DNA from: Patescibacteria group bacterium
GTDB lineage: Bacteria > Patescibacteriota > Minisyncoccia > Phycocordibacterales > Phycocordibacteraceae
DNA length: 64,000 nucleotides
NCBI GenBank assembly: GCA_019752595.1
Contig: JAIELV010000001.1
Location: 184,486-248,485 of the forward strand
Direction: 5' to 3'
This document shows positions 17,704 through 26,435 of the stretch, piece after piece. Below the pieces are notes generated by a model. That model made no database searches. It was given only the letters and a program-made list of their open reading frames with translations, and was not told the origin of the DNA. Every line of letters starts with the position of its first letter. Position 1 is the stretch's first letter. Position numbers and translations under genes: made by a program.

Positions 17704-18657
17704 TTATATAGTTAGGCCGATTTTCTCGCGCACTACTTTCATTTTGGCTTCGGCCTGCGAGCGAGCTTTTTCGTTACCTTCTTTCAGGATTGCGTCTACC
17801 GCAGGCCTATCTGATGCATAACGCTCACGGCGTTCGCGCATGGGAGCGATAAATGATTCTAAATCTTCAATGAGCGCTTCTTTCAGGTCTTTGTACTTCC
17901 CTTTCTTTTCTTCATACAGTGGTGCGAGTTCGGCTTCCGATTTCAGAAGGCGGTGGATGGAATATACATTTGCGGGGCGTTCACCCGATGAATCCGTAAC
18001 GATTCTCATCACGGCTTTTGATATTTCGTCTTTCGTGCCGAAAAGCGGAATGGTGTTGCCGTAACTCTTGCTCATTTTTTGGCCGTCGGTTCCCGGAACG
18101 GTGGCGACCTCTTCAAGGAAAATTCCTTTTGGGTCTTTGAATGTTTCTCCGAATGCGTTGTTGAATTTCGATGCCGCTTCGCGCGCGTATTCAATGTGCT
18201 GAGCTTGGTCTTTGCCGACGGGTACTAAATCAGTGTCGTAAAGAAGAATGTCTGCGGCCATCAGCATCGGGTAGTTGAAAAGCCCTGCGTTTGCCTCCAT
18301 GCCTTTCGCCACTTTGTCTTTATATGAATGCGCCTGCTGCAAGAAAGGAACGGTAACCAAACATTCAAAAATCCATGCAAGTTCTGTGTGTTGAGAAACT
18401 TCCGATTGGCGGAAGATAACCGCTTCTTTCGGGTCGAGGCCCGCGCCTAGGTAATCCAAAACGACGTCCAAAGTGTTCTTCTTCAGCTCCGCAGGGTTCT
18501 TGAGGCTCGTCAGGGCGTGGTAATCGGCCACCATCAGCATGCTCTCAAATTCGCTGTGACGGTCTATAAAAGGCTTCAGAGCCCCGAAATAGTTCCCGAT
18601 ATGCAGCTGCCCCGAGGGCTGTAGCCCGGTCAGAAGCCTTTTTTTGCCATTTGACAT
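17704..18657 (-). CDS. trpS: tryptophan--tRNA ligase
   Basis: TGLQPSGQLHIGNY, YPMLMAADIL, VPVGKDQ, KMSKS; start MSNGKK at 18657. Confidence 0.97.
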   Translation of the reverse strand: MSNGKKRLLTGLQPSGQLHIGNYFGALKPFIDRHSEFESMLMVADYHALTSLKNPAELKKNTLDVVLDYLGAGLDPKEAVIFRQSEVSQHTELAWIFECLVTVPFLQQAHSYKDKVAKGMEANAGLFNYPMLMAADILLYDTDLVPVGKDQAQHIEYAREAASKFNNAFGETFKDPKGIFLEEVATVPGTDGQKMSKSYGNTIPLFGTKDEISKAVMRIVTDSSGERPANVYSIHRLLKSEAELAPLYEEKKGKYKDLKEALIEDLESFIAPMRERRERYASDRPAVDAILKEGNEKARSQAEAKMKVVREKIGLTI

Positions 18658-18676
18658 GCCCCAATAATAGCAGAAA

Positions 18677-19582
18677 ATGAAGAGAATTATGGACGAAACA
18701 AATCCTGCCCACGGAATTGATCTCAAGAGTCTCTCGAAGTCTCAACTTCGCCAATTACTTGATGGCGCACTTCAAAAAATTCAGGAGATAAATGAAAAAT
18801 ATCCCAATGTAACTGCGCAATATTCAGAAATAGAGAGAGCTCATGGAGCGTTGTTCAGTGCAGAAAATCCTCTTGCATTGAAAGCAGAGACTGCTACAGA
18901 AGATATAGAAAAATACCGCAGTCAACTTGATTCGGAAATCAAGCCAGAGATTCAAACAACAAGAAATGAGTTGACTGGACTCTTGTCTAGTACGACACTT
19001 GCGACACTCGCAAATGCATATGAACAGGCGAAAACAGAGTACTCACGTGTTCCGCTCAGGAAATACGAAGGCAAGATTCTATCCCACATCTTCACTTTCT
19101 TTTACAATACCGTGTGGCGGAATCTTGATTTCTTTTTCAGCTACGCCTTTTTCGTGGCTCCGCTACTCGCGATTTGTTTCATATTCCTTTACGAGGACAC
19201 AGCAAAGGTCGTGCTGGACACATTGACTACAGCCAACTCAGTACCAACCGCACTCGAGTTAATTTATATAAAGACAATTATTTCGTTGCCTTTGATTTGG
19301 ATTGCTTGGTACGGGCAAAGAAATATCTCTCAAAGAAAGAGAATGTTTGAGGAATACAATCACAAATTACGCGTCGTGCAGATGTACACCATGTTCACGT
19401 CAGATGACACTTCGTATCGATTCTCCGATAATCAGAATAGTCTTAAATTAGAGACTCTTCTTATCGACACTATTGGTAATAACGCAAGTAAAGTTTTTGG
19501 AATGGACGAAACTATTTTGGATAAAATCAAAGAAATTATCCGTGCGAATAAGGGTGGCGCGGAAGAGAAAGACGGTGAGTAG
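18677..19582 (+). CDS. hypothetical coiled-coil membrane protein
   Basis: N-terminal coiled coil, 2-3 TM segments, PLIWIAW...EEYNHK motif; AT-richer than its neighbours. Confidence 0.7.
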   Translation: MKRIMDETNPAHGIDLKSLSKSQLRQLLDGALQKIQEINEKYPNVTAQYSEIERAHGALFSAENPLALKAETATEDIEKYRSQLDSEIKPEIQTTRNELTGLLSSTTLATLANAYEQAKTEYSRVPLRKYEGKILSHIFTFFYNTVWRNLDFFFSYAFFVAPLLAICFIFLYEDTAKVVLDTLTTANSVPTALELIYIKTIISLPLIWIAWYGQRNISQRKRMFEEYNHKLRVVQMYTMFTSDDTSYRFSDNQNSLKLETLLIDTIGNNASKVFGMDETILDKIKEIIRANKGGAEEKDGE

Positions 19583-19583
19583 A

Positions 19584-19612
19584 TTGACAAATCCCCTATT
19601 TCCGTGTATTCT
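19584..19612 (+). promoter_or_regulatory. sigma70 promoter of the DEAD-box helicase transcript
   Basis: TTGACA-N17-TATTCT, about 200 nt upstream of the ATG. Confidence 0.75.
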
Positions 19613-19619
19613 ACCTGAG

Positions 19620-19810
19620 TAACTTAAATCTCTTGGTTTTTCTTTTTTAGGTATTTCCTAGAAACGCCAAAGCCCCACAGCAGCCCTCTGCTAACCAGGC
19701 TTTTCTAAAAACTCACGAGGCAGGCCGATTCTTTATATTTAGGGCCTAGGGTTATAGAAAAGCTCTTTTTGCTATTCATTTTTTAATGAAATGGTGGGGT
19801 GAGCGACTAA
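19620..19810 (+). ncRNA. candidate structured 5' leader RNA
   Basis: Nested pairings gccccac/gtggggt, gcttttcta/tagaaaagc, aggcc/ggcct and ttcatt/aatgaa. Confidence 0.45.
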
Positions 19811-19816
19811 AAAATT

Positions 19817-21088
19817 ATGATAGGTAAAAACTATTATGGCAAAGGAGGCCGTCCTTCTTTCCGTTCTTCCGCATCACGCTTCAAAAGCGGCGGCGCACGA
19901 GGGGGTTCACGTTTCGGTGGTAACACTGGAGGTGGACGTTTTAACAATGCTCGCCGCCGTGGACCGGTAGACGAGCGCATTGAACATGCACGCTTCATCA
20001 ACAAGGCAACGGAAACGGCGCCTGCTGATGTGTATGTGAACAAACACACCTTCGCGGACTTCGCACTTCATGAAAACATGAAAGACGCTGTTCTCAAGAG
20101 AGGTTATTTGGTTCCTACGCCGATTCAGGATTCTGCGATTCCGCACATCCTTGAAGGCAAGGACATTGTAGGTATTGCAAACACTGGTACTGGTAAAACA
20201 GGCGCTTTCCTTATTCCCCTCTTGAACAAAGTAGGAATGAACATTGATGAAAAAGTGCTTGTCATGGTTCCGACTCGCGAGCTCGCGGTTCAGATTCAGG
20301 ATGAGTTCAAAGGTTTCGCGAAACACCTTCGCATCTTTTCGGTGTGTGTGGTGGGCGGAGCGGCTATCGGTCGTCAGATTTCTGATTTGCGCCGTGAGCA
20401 CAACTTCGTTATCGGAACCCCTGGACGTATTAAGGACTTGATTGAACGCGGAGTTCTGGACCCTGCTGAATTCAACACCGTTGTGTTGGATGAAGCAGAC
20501 CGCATGTTGGACATGGGTTTTGTGCATGACATGCGCGAAATCATGGACAAAATGCCAACGGAGCGCCACACCTTGTTCTTCTCAGCTACCCTTTCCCGTG
20601 ATATTGAAAAATTGATTGGGGACTTCTTGAATAACCCTGTTCGTGTCTCAGTTAAAACCCGCGACACATCTTCGAATGTGGATCAGGACGTGGTTCGCGT
20701 GAAGCGTGGCGACAACAAGGTGGATGTTCTTCATGACCTTTTGGCCAAGGAGGAATTCAGCAAGGTGTTGATCTTCGGTCGCACGAAGCACGGCGTTGAG
20801 AAGCTTTCAAAGGTTCTTACTGAACGTGGTTTCAAGGCTGAATCTATTCACGGCAACAAAAGCCACTCACAGCGCCAGCGCGCACTCGGCAATTTTAAAG
20901 ACAGCCGTTCAAACGTGCTCGTGGCAACAGACGTTGCTGCCCGCGGTTTGGATATTCCTGACGTGAGTCACGTGATTAACTTCGAACTTCCTGCAACGTA
21001 CGATGATTACGTACACCGCATCGGAAGAACAGGTAGAAACGATAAGAAAGGTAAAGCACTTACCTTCGTTGACTCTCATGGCGCTTAA
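19817..21088 (+). CDS. DEAD-box RNA helicase (RhlE-like) with N-terminal RGG-rich tail
   Basis: PTPIQ, ANTGTGKT, PTRELA, DEADRMLDMGF, SAT, HRIGRTGR. Confidence 0.96.
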   Translation: MIGKNYYGKGGRPSFRSSASRFKSGGARGGSRFGGNTGGGRFNNARRRGPVDERIEHARFINKATETAPADVYVNKHTFADFALHENMKDAVLKRGYLVPTPIQDSAIPHILEGKDIVGIANTGTGKTGAFLIPLLNKVGMNIDEKVLVMVPTRELAVQIQDEFKGFAKHLRIFSVCVVGGAAIGRQISDLRREHNFVIGTPGRIKDLIERGVLDPAEFNTVVLDEADRMLDMGFVHDMREIMDKMPTERHTLFFSATLSRDIEKLIGDFLNNPVRVSVKTRDTSSNVDQDVVRVKRGDNKVDVLHDLLAKEEFSKVLIFGRTKHGVEKLSKVLTERGFKAESIHGNKSHSQRQRALGNFKDSRSNVLVATDVAARGLDIPDVSHVINFELPATYDDYVHRIGRTGRNDKKGKALTFVDSHGA

Positions 21089-21290
21089 CAAAAAGAGTCA
21101 GGCACTAAAGCCTGTGGCCCGCACGCAGAATTCATATAACGGTTGGAAACCAAAAGTTACCCAGTCCGTTATTTTGGTCTGCAAGGAATGCAAAGTGAAG
21201 TACATCAAGACCCGCGAACCGCAAATCGTGTGCATCAAATGCATGCGCATGGAGGTCGCAAGCCCTGTCTTCAGACTTCAGAAGGACTAA
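21078..21290 (+). CDS. small CxxC-x13-CxxC zinc-finger protein, copy 1
   Basis: ILVCKECKVKYIKTREPQIVCIKC; overlaps the helicase stop; paralogue at 22424. Confidence 0.7.
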   Translation: MALNKKSQALKPVARTQNSYNGWKPKVTQSVILVCKECKVKYIKTREPQIVCIKCMRMEVASPVFRLQKD

Positions 21291-21300
21291 TGTAGTCCCA

Positions 21301-21332
21301 AAAAACTCCCGCGCACAAGCGGGAGTTTTTTT
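21301..21332 (+). terminator. intrinsic terminator
   Basis: aaaaactcccgc-gcacaa-gcgggagtttttt. Confidence 0.85.
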
Positions 21333-21349
21333 GTATACTGGGAAGAGAA

Positions 21350-22357
21350 ATGTCTTTGCGTAAAACTCAAGGTTTTGTATCAGTCGGTGTAGCGATAGCT
21401 GGCAACGGCTTCGTCACCATCCTCAAATTCATTGCTGCAACCGTTTCGGGTTCAAGCGTGATGTTCTCAGAAGCTATACACAGCCTCGCTGACACCACGA
21501 ACCAAGTACTTCTTTTGGTCGGATTGAACCAATCTTTAAGAAAGGCTGACGATAAGCACGAGTATGGCTATGGCACCGAGAGGTTTTTCTGGGCACTGAT
21601 TTCAGCCTGTGGCATTTTCTTCCTTGGCGCAGGCATTACGCTTGTTCATAGCGTCGAAGCACTCCTCCATCCAGAAGAAGTGGTTTTCAGCCCGCTGGTT
21701 TTTGGAGTGCTGCTTATCGCTCTCGTTGTCGAGGCGTACACGCTTGTTGTTGCCGTGAAGGAAATCAAACGCCACTTCCCTGGTTTGTCGTGGGCTGAGA
21801 GGTTACAAGAAGCTGATTCGGCTACTCTTGCTGTTTTACTTGAAGACTCGGTTGCCGTTCTGGGAGTAATGGTGGCAGCGGGCAGTATTGGGCTTGCCTA
21901 CTACACAGGGAACCCCGCATGGGACGCGCTTGGAGGCCTTGTTATTGCGGTTCTCTTGGCGTTTGTGGCAGTCTTTCTCATCATCAGGAATCGCGAATAC
22001 CTGTTGGGGCGTGCGCTTTCTGAGGAAATCAGAGAAGAAGTTATTGAGCTTCTGAATAAAGAGCCTTCGATTGATAAAGTGATTGATTTCAAATCAAGCG
22101 CGCTGGCGTTTGGTGTGTATCGCATAAAATGCGAAGTGGAATTCAACGGCGCGTCGCTTCTAAAAGAGGCGTATCGCGGGCAGACGATGCGCGACCAGTA
22201 TGATGAGATTGATGGTGACTTTGAGGAGTTTAAGAAATTCAATGCGTATTTTGCAGACAGAATCCCTCGCCTTATCGGTAAAAAAGTAGACGACATAGAG
22301 GCGAAAATCAAAAAAGCTTTTCCGATGATTCGTCATATCGACATCGAAATTAACTAG
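21350..22357 (+). CDS. cation diffusion facilitator (Zn/Co/Cd) transporter, ZnT9-like
   Basis: SEAIHSLADTTNQ, HEYGYG, VLLEDS; C-terminal KCEVEFNG...IRHIDIEI. Confidence 0.92.
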   Translation: MSLRKTQGFVSVGVAIAGNGFVTILKFIAATVSGSSVMFSEAIHSLADTTNQVLLLVGLNQSLRKADDKHEYGYGTERFFWALISACGIFFLGAGITLVHSVEALLHPEEVVFSPLVFGVLLIALVVEAYTLVVAVKEIKRHFPGLSWAERLQEADSATLAVLLEDSVAVLGVMVAAGSIGLAYYTGNPAWDALGGLVIAVLLAFVAVFLIIRNREYLLGRALSEEIREEVIELLNKEPSIDKVIDFKSSALAFGVYRIKCEVEFNGASLLKEAYRGQTMRDQYDEIDGDFEEFKKFNAYFADRIPRLIGKKVDDIEAKIKKAFPMIRHIDIEIN

Positions 22358-22367
22358 ACCACAATAT

Positions 22368-22396
22368 TTGACAAATAGCTTTTTTGGGTGTATTAT
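22368..22396 (+). promoter_or_regulatory. sigma70 promoter followed by a short 5' hairpin
   Basis: TTGACA-N17-TATTAT, then atagggtttttccctat at 22401-22417. Confidence 0.75.
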
Positions 22397-22423
22397 ATAA
22401 ATAGGGTTTTTCCCTATATTTGT

Positions 22424-22582
22424 ATGGCTAAAAAGGTTATTTCTACTCGTCCAAATCCTGGAGTGTACGTACATCGCATTACCCGTTCGACCATTTTGAT
22501 TTGCAAAACGTGCGTTACGAAGTTCGTAAAGACTCGTGACCGCCAGACTTTGTGCCTCCGCTGCATTTTTAAGGCGAAATAA
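22424..22582 (+). CDS. small CxxC-x13-CxxC zinc-finger protein, copy 2
   Basis: ILICKTCVTKFVKTRDRQTLCLRC aligns without gaps to copy 1. Confidence 0.7.
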   Translation: MAKKVISTRPNPGVYVHRITRSTILICKTCVTKFVKTRDRQTLCLRCIFKAK

Positions 22583-22585
22583 ATT

Positions 22586-22777
22586 ATGTCTAGACAAAAT
22601 TCACGTAGAGAGGCTTCGCTTCGAATTGGCTACCAGTTCGCAACTGGGCTTATTCGTCCAGTCGACAGAACTGAAGATAATCGAAGACGTAGAAACGCTA
22701 TAGCGCAAAGAGCTCGCTCAGAACATCCAGTTACGGATTACCGAAACGGATACACACACTGGAAAATTGGAGTGTAA
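22586..22777 (+). CDS. small basic hypothetical protein
   Basis: ORF starts 3 nt after the preceding stop; followed by hairpin ctcgc-gataa-gcgag. Confidence 0.45.
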   Translation: MSRQNSRREASLRIGYQFATGLIRPVDRTEDNRRRRNAIAQRARSEHPVTDYRNGYTHWKIGV

Positions 22778-22836
22778 GACTCCCCTAGCTCGCGATAAGC
22801 GAGTAGCTGGTGAGTACACCACTACACTTGGATTCT

Positions 22837-23700
22837 CTAAGACGGGGTACCGTCAAGAGAATCTCGGCGGCTTTCTTTTTTGGCTTTAAGGTTTAGCGTC
22901 AACAAAAACGCAAACAGAAGAATATCCAAAAACGGTGGGAAGGCGCCAACGCCAAGGAAAAGCCAAGCGGAGGTAAGGAACATAATAGGCACCGTGGCAT
23001 AGAGCGCGGTTTTGTATGCCCCCTCGTATGTCATAGGAATTTTGCGGAGCTTTGCAATAAGAAGCGGTATCACAGCACCAAAAATCGACACGAAAAGATA
23101 AAAACCTGTCATGATGAACGCGAATAGTGGCGCACCAAAGATAATGAGGAGCGGGACTATAACCCACAAAAACGTCATCAAACCTTGTACAGCCGATGTA
23201 AGAAACGGTTTATCAAACGTGACGTCTTCGCCGAGTTCAGAGAGCGCAATCACACGCCCTTCCCCGCCGTCCTGATTTATATACAGTGATTCCTTTGTTA
23301 CTACTGCAACCGCCTTATACTCCTCGAGCGCCTGCACGGTAGTTTCAGGGCGGGTGTCAATAACAAGATAGTTTTCAAATGTACTGTTTTTTACTCTTTC
23401 ATCTTCAGGTATAGGAATGATATATGGCTCCTGGGCGCTGGTACTTGCTTTACCGTCTTTTATGCTAACGCTGAGTTCAGTGGGAAAATTTTCTTCAATA
23501 AAACTACTCGGTTGTATTGAGAGGAGCGATGAAATAGTGAATGCTGCTCCAACAATAACAACCGAGGTTGATACAAGGAGCGTGGAGAGAAACAAAAAAC
23601 CCACACTCGCACCGAATGATTTGTCGCGCGTGGAGGCGTAAAAAGAAGGCCCAAAGAATGAACTTTTAAGCTCTTCAAAAAAGCTTTTTATCTTAGACAT
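22837..23700 (-). CDS. DUF1189-like membrane protein
   Basis: N-terminal TM, extracytoplasmic region with LVIDT, three C-terminal TMs with YKTALYATVP. Confidence 0.7.
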   Translation of the reverse strand: MSKIKSFFEELKSSFFGPSFYASTRDKSFGASVGFLFLSTLLVSTSVVIVGAAFTISSLLSIQPSSFIEENFPTELSVSIKDGKASTSAQEPYIIPIPEDERVKNSTFENYLVIDTRPETTVQALEEYKAVAVVTKESLYINQDGGEGRVIALSELGEDVTFDKPFLTSAVQGLMTFLWVIVPLLIIFGAPLFAFIMTGFYLFVSIFGAVIPLLIAKLRKIPMTYEGAYKTALYATVPIMFLTSAWLFLGVGAFPPFLDILLFAFLLTLNLKAKKESRRDSLDGTPS

Positions 23701-23718
23701 TGAAACAGTATACCGATT

Positions 23719-25356
23719 TTAGTTTAAAAGCGGGAGTTCAAGGATAAAACGTGAGCCCTTGCCTTCCCCGTCCGATTCTGCCCATATTTTGCCTTTATGG
23801 GCTAGTACGTGTGCCTTGGTGATGTAGAGGCCGACTCCTGTTGAGGCTATGTTTATCTTCAGAGAGTTTTCCCCTGCAGAAAAAAGTTGGAATAATTTTG
23901 CAATGGTCTCCTTGGACATGCCGATTCCTGTGTCTTTCAATGTTATACGAGCCACAGAGCCCACTTTTTCTGCAACGACAGAAATAGTGCCTTTGGGTGT
24001 GTATTTAATTGAGTTATCCAAAAGATTATTAAATACCTCGTTAATTTTTGCCACGTCTAATCGTGCTTTTTTGTTCTCAAGTTCGGGGTTGAGAGTAAAC
24101 GTCATATGGACGCCTTTCTTCTCGGCGTTCGGCGTAAAGTCTTTTACGGCTTTTTTGAGTATCGGCGCGAGATCAACATTGATAAAATCGTACTTCATTC
24201 TGCCCTGTTCAATACGAGAAACGTTGAGGTAGGTATCAACTGATTTCGCCATGTCTGTGGCGCGTTCAAACACTTGGTGGAGGCCTTCTTCTGCGGCTTT
24301 TGGCATCTTGCCGTACGAGCCATCAAGAACCAGGGAAACGTAGTTTCGAATGACGGTCAATGGCGCGCGCAGGTCGTGGGAAGCAATTGAGAGAAATTCT
24401 GACTTCAACTTATCGAGTTCTTTTAACTTTTCATTTGCCAATTGAAGGTTTTTTGCTAGTTCCTGAATCTGTTCTCTTTGCTCAACTTCCTTCATGACTG
24501 AGCGTATTAAGAGAACGCCAGTGACGAGGATGAGAACAAAGATGCTTAAACGGAAGACAATTTGAGAAAAATCATCTGCAAAAAAGATTTCAAGTAAGCT
24601 GGTGAGTGCCAAAAGGCCGACGATGAATTGCGTGGCAAGGATTTTAATATCCAAGAGGTGGTGTTTAGTAATTGCATATGCGGTAAGGAAAATAAACGGA
24701 AAGGTAAAGACGCCCGCAAACGGCGCGAAGGTTGGGTTGTTTAAAATTGCTGGAAAGACAAAATTAAATATAAGTATCAATGTGTACGTCACCAGGGTGC
24801 CAGTTGCAATATACGTATATGCAGAGCGGGTAGAACCTCGTGAGGCAAAGAGTTTCTTAAAGATAATCAGAAGTGCCGAAAGGTGTAGAAGAATGACAGT
24901 TATACCGAACACAGGAACTGCGGGGCCGTTCGTGACCGTTGCCACTTGCCCTGCCACTATATTTTCAACGCCCTGAAACACGAGCGGGGTCAGCGTGAGA
25001 AGCGATACCAGTCCAACAAAAGGAATGAGGAGAAATCGATACCATGACGGAAGCACTACTGCAGGCTTGGGGAATACATAAAATAGCTGAAACACAGAGA
25101 ACGCGTGCCAGACGGCAAAAAAGACTGCGGCACGCAGGGTCCAGATAATTAGTGTGGGATCTGTTAACCGAAAGACTATGAGGTTGAGCGCCCCCCAGAG
25201 AATGACAGTTATTGAAGCAAACAGGAATGAGCGGTTAGTGAGGCTTTTGGGATTGTTGAAAAATACAATAAAACCAAAAATACCAATAGCGACCGCTACC
25301 AATCCGATAATAAAAATGTCTAGATTCTGCGTTTTCAGAATCTCACTGATTTCCAT
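23719..25356 (-). CDS. sensor histidine kinase with N-terminal multi-TM (HisKA_7TM-like) domain
   Basis: About 8 TM helices, then H-box SHDLRAPL, N-box NLLDNSIKYT, DTGIG, TGVGL. Confidence 0.93.
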   Translation of the reverse strand: MEISEILKTQNLDIFIIGLVAVAIGIFGFIVFFNNPKSLTNRSFLFASITVILWGALNLIVFRLTDPTLIIWTLRAAVFFAVWHAFSVFQLFYVFPKPAVVLPSWYRFLLIPFVGLVSLLTLTPLVFQGVENIVAGQVATVTNGPAVPVFGITVILLHLSALLIIFKKLFASRGSTRSAYTYIATGTLVTYTLILIFNFVFPAILNNPTFAPFAGVFTFPFIFLTAYAITKHHLLDIKILATQFIVGLLALTSLLEIFFADDFSQIVFRLSIFVLILVTGVLLIRSVMKEVEQREQIQELAKNLQLANEKLKELDKLKSEFLSIASHDLRAPLTVIRNYVSLVLDGSYGKMPKAAEEGLHQVFERATDMAKSVDTYLNVSRIEQGRMKYDFINVDLAPILKKAVKDFTPNAEKKGVHMTFTLNPELENKKARLDVAKINEVFNNLLDNSIKYTPKGTISVVAEKVGSVARITLKDTGIGMSKETIAKLFQLFSAGENSLKINIASTGVGLYITKAHVLAHKGKIWAESDGEGKGSRFILELPLLN

Positions 25357-25379
25357 ACTAGAGTTCTAGTATAACTCGC

Positions 25380-26435
25380 CTAAATGATGTGGGGTGGTTT
25401 TTTTGAAGAAAATGCGGATGGAGAGTCGCTCTCACCTATTCTAAAGAACACCGCGGGAACTCCGCTCACGTTTTTGAGTGTTGTTGTCAATACTTTTTTT
25501 GCTTCAGCAAGTTTTGTTTTCTGCTCCGAGGTCAGTTGAAGCGCTGTGTCTTCTTCGGCGCGGAGCGCAAGGTAATACGCACCCATGATTGGCTGAAGCG
25601 AAAGTCCTAGAGAGCCCGCCTTAAGCCAGACGTGCTCAAGTGCTCTACCTGCCTGAACTAGGTTTTCTTTAGTAAGGCTCGGGACAGTAATAACTCCTAT
25701 TGCGCCGACACTTGCATACACATTCTCGACATTTTGTTTTGCGGCAACACTTCCAAAACCGATAGCGCCGAATGTGCGTGCAACTGCGGGGTATTTGAGG
25801 ATGTTGAACATCCCACGAACAGGTGGCGGTAATTCAAACGTATCGATAAAAAGACCGCTCTTTTTTGTAGCTTCTTCCTTAGCAGTCCACACCAGATGCG
25901 GGAAAAGCGCGTCATGCACCACGTGTGCATTAAAGATGAGCCAGTCATTTACGCTCCATGCGTTTGCGACTGATTCAATATCCGTTTTTTCAGTGAGAAA
26001 AGAAACCCGAGCCGAAGATTGTATATCTCCAGGTAACACAGACAATTGCTGTAGTTTATTTTGCTCGAGCACTTTTTTGTATGGTTTACGGTTTGTTGTC
26101 CGCGTATCAATGTGTGCTACCAGCGAGGCTCTCCCTGTCCCCTGTCCTTTTGAAAGTATAAGTTTTAAGACGGTGTCGGATTCTTCTGGAAGTACCTCAA
26201 CTACGCACGCGTATCCAAGCGTTTCGGCAGTTATGACAGCGTTTTCGAGAGCAGCGCCGTGCGCCACCATTGAGCCGCGCTGTTTGTAGTTATATACAGT
26301 TGTGTCGTTTTCGGGTGCGTTTTGAAACACTATCGCATCATCTAGAATTTTGAACTTCCATGGCTGATAGTTGTGGCCAGATGGGGCCTGTACCGCTGCT
26401 TTCAAGATAATGTCGATGTCTTGTTTTGGAATCAT
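25380..26435 (-). CDS. nitroreductase-fold FMN oxidoreductase (Acg / Rv1355c C-terminal-like)
   Basis: APSGHNYQPW, RTTNRKPY, AGRALEHVWL..GLSLQP, FRIG. Confidence 0.85.
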   Translation of the reverse strand: MIPKQDIDIILKAAVQAPSGHNYQPWKFKILDDAIVFQNAPENDTTVYNYKQRGSMVAHGAALENAVITAETLGYACVVEVLPEESDTVLKLILSKGQGTGRASLVAHIDTRTTNRKPYKKVLEQNKLQQLSVLPGDIQSSARVSFLTEKTDIESVANAWSVNDWLIFNAHVVHDALFPHLVWTAKEEATKKSGLFIDTFELPPPVRGMFNILKYPAVARTFGAIGFGSVAAKQNVENVYASVGAIGVITVPSLTKENLVQAGRALEHVWLKAGSLGLSLQPIMGAYYLALRAEEDTALQLTSEQKTKLAEAKKVLTTTLKNVSGVPAVFFRIGESDSPSAFSSKKPPHII

